Shown here: positions 1-8,910 of the stretch, in pieces
How the letters are laid out: every line of letters starts with the position of its first letter
Numbering within the stretch: the first letter of the stretch is position 1
Assembly (NCBI GenBank): GCA_964544985.1
Contig: CAZJEE010000001.1
Span: 14,314-56,577, forward strand
Direction: 5' to 3'
Source: an uncultured Candidatus Saccharibacteria bacterium
Lineage (GTDB): Bacteria; Patescibacteriota; Minisyncoccia; Minisyncoccales; PWPS01
DNA length: 42,264 nucleotides
Made by a program: the position numbers and the translations under genes
Notes under the pieces: model-generated
Told to the model about the DNA's origin: nothing
What the model saw: only the letters and a program-made list of their open reading frames with translations
Database searches by the model: none

Positions 1-29
1 CAAAACAAAAACCCGAGAAATGCCTCAGG
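1..29 (-). terminator. Putative intrinsic terminator downstream of tRNA-Lys
   Basis: The minus strand reads CCUGAG-GCAUUU-CUCGGG. This is a 6-bp stem including one G.U (plus 24-29 / 12-17). It is followed by UUUUUGUUUUG (plus 1-11). Confidence 0.45.
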
Positions 30-68
30 AAAATTGGCTCCGGGAATAAGACTTGAACCAAAAAAATG

Positions 69-142
69 TGCCCCCGGTAGGATTCGAACCTACGACAATC
101 GGCTTAAAAGGCCGCTGCTCTGCCAGGCTGAGCTACAGGGGC
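69..142 (-). tRNA. tRNA-Lys (anticodon UUU)
   Basis: The reverse complement is GCCCCTGTAGCTCAGCCTGGCAGAGCAGCGGCCTTTTAAGCCGATTGTCGTAGGTTCGAATCCTACCGGGGGCA. It folds as a cloverleaf with anticodon loop CU-UUU-AA and T-loop TTCGAAT. CCA is not encoded. Confidence 0.9.
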
Positions 143-168
143 AAATAATGTCTGTATTTTACTTATTT

Positions 169-1101
169 TCAGGATAATGTCAAAAACTTAATTCTCTTTT
201 CTGTCAACTTTTCAAAGAATTTTCGATCTTTTAAACTCTCTGCCTTGGACCACATCATTAAAGACCATACAGCATCATTTATTCTAATTACTCGCTCGCT
301 TAATCTTATTCTTTCAAGAATTGTTTCTTTTTTTTCTCTCCCATAATCAATATAGCAATCAACCAAATAATTAAATTGTTTATTATTAAACTTGCCATGT
401 ACTTTTATGTAAGCCAAATCATTTTCTGTTGAAATTTGCATGTGCTCAAAATCATAAAAGAAAAGAATGTTACTTTTTCCGAGGATTACTTCGGATTGAA
501 CATCACCCCAAGAAATTCCGTGTTTTCTATTAATTTTTGAACTTTTTATTATTTTTTCAATTCTTAAAAGTTCTTTTTCGACTATAGCTAATAATTTTCT
601 ATTTACTCTTTCTTTCCTAATTTCATGAAATCTAACAAAGCCATATACATCAAGTAGTTTCTTTAAGTTAAATTTTTTGGGAAGTTTAAGTTTATTATTT
701 TCACAAAAATTTTTGAATTCCTGGATATTTAAAGCTGAAAGAATACATATTTGTTTTGCAAATAATTTAATCTGTTCTTCATTAAAATTTTTCTGTGATA
801 TTTTTTCTCCTTCAATAAATTCCTCTAATAAGAAATTATTTTTATCAGAATAATATAAAGCTTGTGGAACAAATTCTATTTTCTTAAAATTTAAAAAACT
901 TAAGAAAGTAAATTCATTTTTCAAAGAATCTTTGAATTGTTTTTCTGTACTTTTCTTAGCACGTAGAATAAAATTTTTACCATTCTCCTTAATTAGATAA
1001 TTATAGTTTCCAAATCCTTCTTTGAAAAACGATATCTCCGGATTTTTGAAGATCTTTTCTTCTCGAATAATTTTCTCTATATCAGCAAAAGAATGTTTCA
1101 T
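169..1101 (-). CDS. Phosphotransferase-family kinase (APH / choline-kinase-like fold) with a divergent catalytic loop
   Basis: 310-aa ORF. It has a DFE metal-binding motif (FFYDFEH) preceded by a Brenner-like loop, GISWGDVQSEVIL, in place of HxDxxxxN. It ends with TGA and lies 12 nt downstream of dnaJ. Confidence 0.55.
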   Translation of the reverse strand: MKHSFADIEKIIREEKIFKNPEISFFKEGFGNYNYLIKENGKNFILRAKKSTEKQFKDSLKNEFTFLSFLNFKKIEFVPQALYYSDKNNFLLEEFIEGEKISQKNFNEEQIKLFAKQICILSALNIQEFKNFCENNKLKLPKKFNLKKLLDVYGFVRFHEIRKERVNRKLLAIVEKELLRIEKIIKSSKINRKHGISWGDVQSEVILGKSNILFFYDFEHMQISTENDLAYIKVHGKFNNKQFNYLVDCYIDYGREKKETILERIRLSERVIRINDAVWSLMMWSKAESLKDRKFFEKLTEKRIKFLTLS

Positions 1102-1113
1102 TTAATTAAATGT

Positions 1114-2157
1114 TTATAACCCCTCTTTTTTTAATTCTTCAAAGAGTTCTTTTTGTTTTTTAGATAACTTTTGAGGAACCACAACATCTATAATTACATA
1201 AAGATCTCCTTGTCCATAACCAGAAATTCGAGGAACTCCCTTTGAAGAGATACGAAAAACTTTGCCGGAGTTTGTTCCGGTAGGAATTTTCAATATTATT
1301 TTTTTCCCAGTTAAAAAATTAATTTCAATTTTGTCTCCTAGCGTTGCTTGTGAAAGATTAATCTTTGTTTTGTGATACAGGTCATCTCCCTTCCTTTCAA
1401 AAGATGTTTTGTTTTCAACAAAAATCTCCACAAGAAGATCGCCAGGAGGTGTCCCCTTCTTTCCTGAATTTCCTTCTCCCTGGATACGAAGAGTTTGTCC
1501 GGTATGTATCCCAGCTGGAATTGTAAATTTAATTTCTTTTTTTTCTTTCACTCTTCCTTCTCCATGACAATTATTACAATTTTTTTCCGGAATCTCTCCT
1601 TCTCCTCCACAATATGGACAAGTTGAAACCTGAGAAAAAGGACCAATTGCCGTTCTTATCTTTCCACTTCCATTACAAGTTGCACACTTTTTTGTTTTTA
1701 CGTTAGAAGGGTATCCCCTTCCCCCACATGCCGAACAATTCGCCAACCTTTCAAGACTAATTACTTTTTCCTCATTTTCAAAGATTTTTTCAAGCTTAGT
1801 GGTAATCTTGATTGCAATATCTTCTCCTTTTTTAGTTCTTCTTCTAGCGCCTCTCGAAAATCCAAAAAAATCACTAAATATATCATTCATGTCGAAATCA
1901 GCATGTGAGAATCCTCCAAATCCAGAACCCGAAGAAGATCCGCTTCCAGCATTCGGACCAGACTTGCCAAACATGTCATACTGCTCTCTCTTTTTATCAT
2001 TAGAGAGTACGTGATATGCTTCACTTATCTTCTTAAAAGTTTTTTCATCTCCACCTTTATCGGGGTGATGTTTGTGAGCAAGTTTGCGGTAAGCTTTTTT
2101 TATTTCATCTTTTGTTGCTTTTTTCGAAGCACCAAGAATTGTATAGTAATCTTCCAT
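1114..2157 (-). CDS. dnaJ: Molecular chaperone DnaJ
   Basis: J-domain with HPD (HKHHPDKG), a G/F-rich linker and four CxxCxGxG zinc-finger repeats (CSACGGRG, CATCNGSG, CPYCGGEG, CNNCHGEG). It follows dnaK. Confidence 0.95.
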   Translation of the reverse strand: MEDYYTILGASKKATKDEIKKAYRKLAHKHHPDKGGDEKTFKKISEAYHVLSNDKKREQYDMFGKSGPNAGSGSSSGSGFGGFSHADFDMNDIFSDFFGFSRGARRRTKKGEDIAIKITTKLEKIFENEEKVISLERLANCSACGGRGYPSNVKTKKCATCNGSGKIRTAIGPFSQVSTCPYCGGEGEIPEKNCNNCHGEGRVKEKKEIKFTIPAGIHTGQTLRIQGEGNSGKKGTPPGDLLVEIFVENKTSFERKGDDLYHKTKINLSQATLGDKIEINFLTGKKIILKIPTGTNSGKVFRISSKGVPRISGYGQGDLYVIIDVVVPQKLSKKQKELFEELKKEGL

Positions 2158-2171
2158 GTGGTTATCAATTT

Positions 2172-4067
2172 TTAATTCTCGCTTTTTTCTTCATACTCTC
2201 CTTCTTGTGCTTCATTGTCATCTTTCTTTGACTCTTCTTCCTGTGGAGCACTTTCTTTTTGTGCTTTTTTATGTATTTCTCTTCCTACTTCCTGAGCAAC
2301 TGAGTTTAATAAATCGAACTTCTCTTTAATCTTTGTGACATTCTCTTCTTTTTGAACTTCCCTTAGCTCTTTGAGCGCGTTTTCTAATTTTTCTTTCATC
2401 TCAGAATCTATTTTATCACTAGAATCTTTCAATATTTTTTCGGTACTATAGATAATCTGATCTGATTGATTTCTAATATCAATTAACTGTTCTTTTTCTT
2501 TGTCTGCTTGAGCATATTCTTCTGCTTCTTTTTTCATTCGTTCTACCTCCTCATCAGATATTCCACATGTACCTTCGATACGAATTGATTGCGTTTTTTC
2601 TGTGCTTTTGTCTTTTGCAGAAACACCAAGTATTCCGTTGCTATCAATATCAAAAGAAACTTCAATTTGAGGAACTCCACGCGGAGCTGGAGGAATACCA
2701 TCTAGAATAAACTGTCCTAAAGACTTATTATCTTGAGCCATTGTTCTTTCACCTTGCAAAACGTGAATTTGGACAGAATTTTGATTGTCAGTCGCAGTAG
2801 AAAAAGTTTCTGTTTTCTGTGTTGGCACAGTAGTATTTTTGTCAATCAAAACAGTGTTTTTCCCACCTAGAGTTTCTATCCCCAGAGAAAGAGGAATAAC
2901 ATCTAAAAGAAGAATATCTTTCACGTCTCCTCCTAAAATTCCTCCTTGAATTGCAGCTCCGATTGCTACCACCTCATCAGGATTAATTTCTTTATTCGGT
3001 TCTTTTTTAAAAAGATCTTTTACTCTTTCTTGAATCTTTGGCATTCTGGTTTGTCCGCCGACTAAAACAACCTCTTCGATATCTTCAACTTTAATTCCAG
3101 AGTCTGCAACCACCTTTTTCGAAAGTTCGATAGATCGTTCAATAAGGTCTTCAACCAATGATTCTAGCTTCGCTCTGCTTAGTACATAGTTTAGATGTTT
3201 TGGACCAGATTCGTCTGAAGTTATAAATGGAATGTTAATGTCGGTCTGCATCGTCGTAGAAAGCTCTTTTTTGGCCTTTTCAGCCTCTTCTTTCAGTCTT
3301 TGGAGTGCCAATGGGTCTTTTGACAAATCAAGCCCATAATCGCCCTTAAAGCTTTTAATTACCCATTTTACAATACGGTTATCAAAATCTTCTCCACCTA
3401 AGTAGCTATCACCTCCAGTTCCTTTAACTTCGATAGTATCATCACCAACATCAAGAATTGATATGTCAAAAGTACCTCCCCCAAAATCATAAACAACTAT
3501 CTGGTGATCTTTCTTCTTGCTTAAACCATAAGCTAACGCTGCCGCGGTTGGTTCGTTAATTACTCGACGAACATTAAAACCTGCGATTTCTCCAGCAACT
3601 TTTGTTTCTTTTCTTTGCGCATCATCGAAATATGCTGGACATGTAATTATCGCATCGGTTATTGTTTCTCCGATTTTCTCTTCAGCGTCTTTTTTCAACT
3701 TCTGAAGAATCATTGCCGAAATCTCAGCTGGCTTGTACCACTTATCTCCAAGTTTAATCTCAACTCCTTCTCCTTTTTCTTCTTTTCTGATTTGATAAGA
3801 AAGATTTCCTTTTTCGTTTTGTACTTCTTTATCGTTAAATCTTCTACCAATAAGTCTTTTAACTGCAAAAACAGTATTTTCTGGATTGGTAACCTGTTGT
3901 CTTCTTGCAATAATTCCAACTAAACGCTCTCCTTTTTTGCTAATCGCAACAACGGACGGAGTTGTTCTTCCCCCTTCTTTGTTTTCAATAATTTTTGGTT
4001 CACCTCCCTCCACAAATGCCATTGCGGAAAAAGTGGTTCCTAAATCTATTCCTAAAATTTTTCCCAT
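2172..4067 (-). CDS. dnaK: Molecular chaperone DnaK (Hsp70)
   Basis: 631-aa ORF with Hsp70 signatures [17 protein letters not shown] and [10 protein letters not shown], and an acidic C-terminal tail. Confidence 0.97.
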   Translation of the reverse strand: MGKILGIDLGTTFSAMAFVEGGEPKIIENKEGGRTTPSVVAISKKGERLVGIIARRQQVTNPENTVFAVKRLIGRRFNDKEVQNEKGNLSYQIRKEEKGEGVEIKLGDKWYKPAEISAMILQKLKKDAEEKIGETITDAIITCPAYFDDAQRKETKVAGEIAGFNVRRVINEPTAAALAYGLSKKKDHQIVVYDFGGGTFDISILDVGDDTIEVKGTGGDSYLGGEDFDNRIVKWVIKSFKGDYGLDLSKDPLALQRLKEEAEKAKKELSTTMQTDINIPFITSDESGPKHLNYVLSRAKLESLVEDLIERSIELSKKVVADSGIKVEDIEEVVLVGGQTRMPKIQERVKDLFKKEPNKEINPDEVVAIGAAIQGGILGGDVKDILLLDVIPLSLGIETLGGKNTVLIDKNTTVPTQKTETFSTATDNQNSVQIHVLQGERTMAQDNKSLGQFILDGIPPAPRGVPQIEVSFDIDSNGILGVSAKDKSTEKTQSIRIEGTCGISDEEVERMKKEAEEYAQADKEKEQLIDIRNQSDQIIYSTEKILKDSSDKIDSEMKEKLENALKELREVQKEENVTKIKEKFDLLNSVAQEVGREIHKKAQKESAPQEEESKKDDNEAQEGEYEEKSEN

Positions 4068-4105
4068 AGTTTTCTAAATTAATAATCTAATAATACAACC
4101 TTTTT

Positions 4106-4573
4106 TTATTTAATTACTTTTACTTTTGCCGGCCTAACAACTTCATCGTTATATAAATATCCTTTTTCGTATTCTTCAATGATCTTCCCAGATCCCATCA
4201 ATTCATCTTCACTTACCTCGATAGCATCATGATAAAAAGGGTCAAACTCCTTCCCTAGGGTTTCCATTTCTTTTATCCCCTCCTCTTCTAAGAAATCAAC
4301 TAATTGTTTTTTTATTTTTAAAAACCCTTCAATAATTTCACCATTCTTTCCTCTTTTTTCTACTTCTTCTTCAGCTCGATCAAGATTATCTAGAATCAAA
4401 ATAATTTTTTTGAAAAGAGTTTCTTTTTCGCGAAAAACCATCCTTTCTACTTTTTTTAATTCATCTTTTTTATAATTTAAAAGATCTGCCTTCGCTCTTT
4501 TCCATCCATCAAGATATTCTTCGTTTTCTTTTTTTAAAATCTCAACTTCGTTGTTTTTCTTTTTTTTCTTCAT
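4106..4573 (-). CDS. grpE: Nucleotide exchange factor GrpE (short form, 155 aa)
   Basis: Coiled-coil N-terminus and a GrpE-type C-terminus (FDPFYHDAI ... VVRPAKVKV). It sits between hrcA and dnaK. Confidence 0.85.
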   Translation of the reverse strand: MKKKKKNNEVEILKKENEEYLDGWKRAKADLLNYKKDELKKVERMVFREKETLFKKIILILDNLDRAEEEVEKRGKNGEIIEGFLKIKKQLVDFLEEEGIKEMETLGKEFDPFYHDAIEVSEDELMGSGKIIEEYEKGYLYNDEVVRPAKVKVIK

Positions 4574-4575
4574 TT

Positions 4576-5295
4576 TTATTCTTCTAACATTTTTATAATA
4601 GATCCCATAAGCTGTATATTTTTATCGTAAGCCATTCTTTTTGGCCCCATAATCGCAACCATGCCTTTTTTCTTTAATATTTTGCAAGAAGCAACAAGAA
4701 TGCTAAAATCATGTTTCTTTGAAAATGGCGCCTCGTTTCCGATATAAATACGAACACATTCTGGTCTGTTGTTTGAAAAAAACAAATCAATATTTTCTTC
4801 AAAATCATTGATCATCCCCATAAAATCTCTCACTCTCTGTGCATCATCAAATTCTGGATCTCTTAACGCTTCTCTCCACCCCTCTTTTAATAAAATGTTC
4901 TCTCTGGGGAAATAAGAGAGAGTAAGATTAGAAGAAGTATGTGCTAAAAACCTTGTAAACTCTCTCATAAATCTAACTTTTCCTTCAACCTCTTGTTGCA
5001 TTTTCCTAACATCTCTAATAACTTTATTTTCGAGTCTTTTAATTTCTTTTTCGTTTAAAAGATCAACAAAAAAACGATAACCCTTGTCGGTTGGAACTCT
5101 TCCAGAAGAAGTGTGTGGTTGATATAGATATCCTCTTTCAATTAATGTATAAAGCTCTCCTCGAATTGTTGCGGGAGAAACCCCCATTTCATACTCTTCT
5201 TCAATATACTTTGAACTAATAGGAAGAGCACTCTCGATATATTCGCGAATAACAATTTCCAGAATATTTTTTTGTCTCTCTGTTAATTCTTCCAT
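4576..5295 (-). CDS. hrcA: Heat-inducible transcription repressor HrcA (short, 239 aa)
   Basis: N-terminal winged-helix (LTERQKNILEIVIREYIESALPISSKYI ... GYLYQPHTSSGRVPTDKGYRFFVD) and an HrcA-type C-terminus (GPKRMAYDKNI). A CIRCE operator lies immediately upstream. Confidence 0.85.
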   Translation of the reverse strand: MEELTERQKNILEIVIREYIESALPISSKYIEEEYEMGVSPATIRGELYTLIERGYLYQPHTSSGRVPTDKGYRFFVDLLNEKEIKRLENKVIRDVRKMQQEVEGKVRFMREFTRFLAHTSSNLTLSYFPRENILLKEGWREALRDPEFDDAQRVRDFMGMINDFEENIDLFFSNNRPECVRIYIGNEAPFSKKHDFSILVASCKILKKKGMVAIMGPKRMAYDKNIQLMGSIIKMLEE

Positions 5296-5308
5296 ACATT
5301 TTCAATCA

Positions 5309-5337
5309 ATAATAAAAAATTAGCAATCATTTGTCAA
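5309..5337 (-). promoter_or_regulatory. Putative sigma-70-type promoter of the hrcA-grpE-dnaK-dnaJ operon
   Basis: Minus strand TTGACA (5332-5337, inside the CIRCE spacer), a 17-nt spacer, then TATTAT (5309-5314). The -10 box ends 13 nt before the ATG at 5295. Confidence 0.55.
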
Positions 5338-5346
5338 GAGTGCTAA
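5320..5346 (-). promoter_or_regulatory. CIRCE operator (HrcA binding site)
   Basis: The minus strand reads TTAGCACTC-TTGACAAAT-GATTGCTAA. This matches the consensus TTAGCACTC-N9-GAGTGCTAA with one mismatch. It lies 25 nt upstream of the hrcA ATG. Confidence 0.85.
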
Positions 5347-5356
5347 TAGATAACTT

Positions 5357-6145
5357 TTACTTGTAGTATATTCTATCTCCAAATCTCAGGTCGATATAAT
5401 CAAGATTTTTTATTTTATCATCGCCAAGTTTTTCTAGAATAAGTTTTAGATTCTTCAGTTCATTTTCGTTGTTTTCTATAGAAAATAAAACACTCCAACC
5501 CTCTTTCGTAATCAACTCTATAGTATCTTCTTTTCCAAGATTAATATGATTTAAGCTTGTATTTATTTTTCTAAACTCGTTTATTAAAAAGAAAATTTTA
5601 TTTATGTAATCTTCGCTAACCACCACCTCTCCCAAAAAATATTCTTTTTCTTTGATAATTAAAATTAATCCTTTTTTAATATCATTAATTTTTTGAAAAG
5701 CGATACCTTCTTTATCTATATAATAACAATGCTTTGTATTATAATCCCTACACCAAATAGCTACAGGGACTCTTTCAATTAAGCTAATTTTTATTTCTCC
5801 TGGGAAAACTTTTTCCGCCGAAATATTCTTGATTACCGATACCTCAGAGAGAACATCATTTCTAATTTTTGTTTCTGAGAAAAGAAAAATGCTTTTTGAG
5901 GTTAAAAATAAAAATTTCCTTTCGGCTTTTTTATTAATATAATCAGTCAACTTTTCTTCATCAATATTTTCATATTTGCCAATCGAAACAGATTTTATTT
6001 GAAAGAAGGGATAAAATAAAAATAAATAAATTCCGGAAAAGAAAAGAAAAAGAAGGAAAAGTCCTCCATAAATTATATTGTTTTCAAAAAAAGATTTCTT
6101 TCTTCTAGCGCAATGTTTTTTCCTTAAACTTTTTTTCTTTTGCAT
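5357..6145 (-). CDS. ftsQ: Cell division protein FtsQ/DivIB-like (POTRA domain)
   Basis: 262 aa with a basic N-terminus and a single TM helix, then a POTRA-like segment (FQIKSVSIGKYENIDEEKLTDYI). It lies directly downstream of murF, as in dcw clusters. Confidence 0.65.
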   Translation of the reverse strand: MQKKKSLRKKHCARRKKSFFENNIIYGGLFLLFLFFSGIYLFLFYPFFQIKSVSIGKYENIDEEKLTDYINKKAERKFLFLTSKSIFLFSETKIRNDVLSEVSVIKNISAEKVFPGEIKISLIERVPVAIWCRDYNTKHCYYIDKEGIAFQKINDIKKGLILIIKEKEYFLGEVVVSEDYINKIFFLINEFRKINTSLNHINLGKEDTIELITKEGWSVLFSIENNENELKNLKLILEKLGDDKIKNLDYIDLRFGDRIYYK

Positions 6146-6148
6146 ATT

Positions 6149-7405
6149 TTATTTTCTTTTCCAAAAAGTAGATTGTCTTACAAGCAAATCTTCTGCTCTT
6201 TCTGGATCACGCATAATCGAAAAAACAATTTTTTCAGTTCTAACTCCCTGTGATCCCTTTACTAAAATGACATCTCCTTTACAAATAATCTCCTCTATTT
6301 TTTTAATTGCACTTTCTGTATTTTTAAAAGCAAAAACGTTTTCTCTCTTTAAATTATCTTGAATAGCCGCTTTCTTTACCTCCTCGCTCCATGTACCTAT
6401 CGTGATAATATAATCTGCAACTTCTTTTGCAAATTTTCCTATTTTTTTGTGTTCCTCAACAGAAAACTTACCAAGCTCTAGCATATCTCCAAGAACCGCA
6501 ATCTTTCTTTTCCCCTCAATCTCTCTAAGTGTTCTTAGAGCAGACATCGTAGAAGAAGGAGAAGCGTTATAGCTACCATCTAAAATCATTGTTTCTTTAA
6601 TGCCTTTTATTACCATAAGCCTACCTTTTACTGGACGAATTTTTTCAATCATTTCAGAAATTTTTTCGAGATTAATTCCCAACGCAACTCCAACAGCAAA
6701 TATTGATGCTGCTATATATGCGAATGAATCGCCGATACAACATGACAAAAAAAGCGGAAATTCTTGTTTTTTATATTCTAAAATTAAGGACGAACCATTA
6801 AATGATTTTGTTTCAAACTTTTTAATTAAAACATCCGCGCCATCTTTAAAGCCAAATGTAATTTTTTCTTTCGCTTTCATCTTGGAAACATGTGGATCGT
6901 CATAGTTTAAAATGGCTACTCCTTCGCTCTTAAGCGCTTTCACTATTTTTTCTTTTTCTTGTGCTACTTCTCCGGGACTTTTATAGAATTCAATATGAAC
7001 CGGGACATCCCCTATCGCTGTTACAACAACTATGTCGGGCCAAATAAATTTTGCAAAATAACCCATATCTCCGGGTTTGTCGGCTGCAAGCTCAACTACA
7101 ATAATTTTAGGATAATTTTTATTTTTTTTAAAAAGTAACCACACTCCTTTGAGAATAATCAGGATCCATTCTTTCAAATTTTCTCCGCTTTTATTCACCT
7201 TAAAAAAAACAAGTGGAGCTCCAAATTCAGTATTTAGATTTCCCACGCTTTTTTCCATACTAAAAAGATTTGAAAAAGAAGTATAAATTCCATCTTTTGT
7301 TGATGTTTTTCCTACACTTCCCGTAACCGCAATAATCAGAGGCTGATATTTTTTGATAATCAAAATAGTAATAATTTTCAGTATTGGCTTAAGTAGTACT
7401 TTCAT
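6149..7405 (-). CDS. murF: UDP-MurNAc-tripeptide--D-Ala-D-Ala ligase MurF-like, lacking the usual N-terminal domain
   Basis: Mur-ligase P-loop VTGSVGKTSTKD already at residue about 27. MurF-typical VLGDMLELG is near the C-terminus. Length is 418 aa. Confidence 0.75.
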   Translation of the reverse strand: MKVLLKPILKIITILIIKKYQPLIIAVTGSVGKTSTKDGIYTSFSNLFSMEKSVGNLNTEFGAPLVFFKVNKSGENLKEWILIILKGVWLLFKKNKNYPKIIVVELAADKPGDMGYFAKFIWPDIVVVTAIGDVPVHIEFYKSPGEVAQEKEKIVKALKSEGVAILNYDDPHVSKMKAKEKITFGFKDGADVLIKKFETKSFNGSSLILEYKKQEFPLFLSCCIGDSFAYIAASIFAVGVALGINLEKISEMIEKIRPVKGRLMVIKGIKETMILDGSYNASPSSTMSALRTLREIEGKRKIAVLGDMLELGKFSVEEHKKIGKFAKEVADYIITIGTWSEEVKKAAIQDNLKRENVFAFKNTESAIKKIEEIICKGDVILVKGSQGVRTEKIVFSIMRDPERAEDLLVRQSTFWKRK

Positions 7406-8334
7406 TTTATTCTTCTTTTAATCTGTGTAGCTAATTTATAAATTAAATAAGAAATTTTTCTGATTGGAAAATCTTTTCCAAGAGGATAGATTGCTTCTTC
7501 TCCTCCAAACCCTTTTTTGTAATCAGTAACTCCTGGAAAACGTTTTTCATCAAACCCCCAAAAATCATAATTAATACACCCTTTCTCTTTTGCACGTTCA
7601 ATTGACTCAAAACGAAGGAGAGCGGGAGCCTTAAGATGTCTCATTTTATAATCAGAAGCAGAATGTAAAAAGGTTACTGTTTTGTTAAAGTAAATTAAAA
7701 TTATCGCACAAATTACTTTATCGTTATATAAAGCATAAACTAATTCTACTCCTTTTACATTTAAAAGTTTTTCAAAATATTCTTTTGGATAGCTTGAAAA
7801 TCTTTGTCTTTTTTTAGTTTCTACTAAAAGACCATAAAATGAATCAACAGATTCTCCTTTCTTGACTACAACTTCTTTTCTTTTGGCATAACGCACATTA
7901 TAACGTGTTGTGCTGTGAAACTCTTTCATTATCTCTTCGGTCGGTTTGTTAATCTTTGAAATTAGTGTTTTTTGTGGTTGTATGCGAGAAAATTGAATTT
8001 TTCCTTTTTTAATATCATAAAGTGGTTCTACTCGCAAAAAAATATTTTTACTTTCTTTTCCATACTTTAAAATTGTCTCAAGAAGCTTTTCGCGAACTTC
8101 CTGAAGCTCAGAAACCGGACCGAATGGAATATATAAATAATTTCCAAAAAAAGACTTCTCTTCAAAAAACTGACAAACTCCGATAATTTTGCCATCCTTT
8201 CTCGCTTCAATTCTTTTTACTTTCTGATATCTTTCTTTAAAATCTCCCCAAAAAGTTGACTGTAAAAAAACACATCTTTGTGTTGCTAAAAAATCTTCCC
8301 ACTCTTCTTTCGAATTATTCTCTTTTATTTCCAT
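7402..8334 (-). CDS. FemXAB-family peptidoglycan aminoacyl-transferase-like protein
   Basis: 310 aa with overall FemAB/GNAT-like pattern (FLQSTFWGDFK ..., NYLYIPFGP, HSTTRYNVRYAKRK, FLHSASDY, GVTDYKKGFGG). It has a 4-nt overlap with murF. Confidence 0.65.
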   Translation of the reverse strand: MEIKENNSKEEWEDFLATQRCVFLQSTFWGDFKERYQKVKRIEARKDGKIIGVCQFFEEKSFFGNYLYIPFGPVSELQEVREKLLETILKYGKESKNIFLRVEPLYDIKKGKIQFSRIQPQKTLISKINKPTEEIMKEFHSTTRYNVRYAKRKEVVVKKGESVDSFYGLLVETKKRQRFSSYPKEYFEKLLNVKGVELVYALYNDKVICAIILIYFNKTVTFLHSASDYKMRHLKAPALLRFESIERAKEKGCINYDFWGFDEKRFPGVTDYKKGFGGEEAIYPLGKDFPIRKISYLIYKLATQIKRRIK

Positions 8335-8910
8335 TTAAAGCCCTAGATCATTACTTATTTTTTGCATTGCCAAAAGGCCAATTTTGATAAATTCTTCGAG
8401 AGTAAGATTTATTTCTTTACAGGCACTAATCACTTCCCTTTCCGCTCCTCGAGCAAAAGATTTTTCTTTATACCTTTTTAGCACAGAATTTACTGAAAGA
8501 TCTTTAATTTTTTTTGATGGTGATATTAAAACACCTGCAACTATAAGGCCGGTTAGCGGATCCGCACAATATATTGCCTTCTCGAGTAATGTTACTCTTT
8601 CTTTACCCGTCTCCTTGTTGTGCGCCACAGCTGCATTAATAATTTCAAAAGGGAATCCTTCTTTCTCTAAGATTAGCGCTCCTTTTTTCCCATGAAATTC
8701 CGGGTTTTTACGATAATCAACAACTTCCATATCAATGTCATGAACCAGACCCGCGATACTCCACAACTCTTCGTCTTCATCAAATCTTTTGGATAACTCC
8801 CCCATTACCGCCTCAACCGCCAGCATGTGTTTAATGCTGTTTTCATTCTTGACATATTTTTTTACCAAAAGAAGTGCCTTTTCTCTTTTCATGGAATTAC
8901 TCTTTATCAC
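8335..8910 (-). CDS. HD-domain metal-dependent phosphohydrolase
   Basis: 191 aa with H...HD motifs (IKHMLAVEAV ... AGLVHDID) typical of HD/HDIG small hydrolases. Confidence 0.7.
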   Translation of the reverse strand: MIKSNSMKREKALLLVKKYVKNENSIKHMLAVEAVMGELSKRFDEDEELWSIAGLVHDIDMEVVDYRKNPEFHGKKGALILEKEGFPFEIINAAVAHNKETGKERVTLLEKAIYCADPLTGLIVAGVLISPSKKIKDLSVNSVLKRYKEKSFARGAEREVISACKEINLTLEEFIKIGLLAMQKISNDLGL

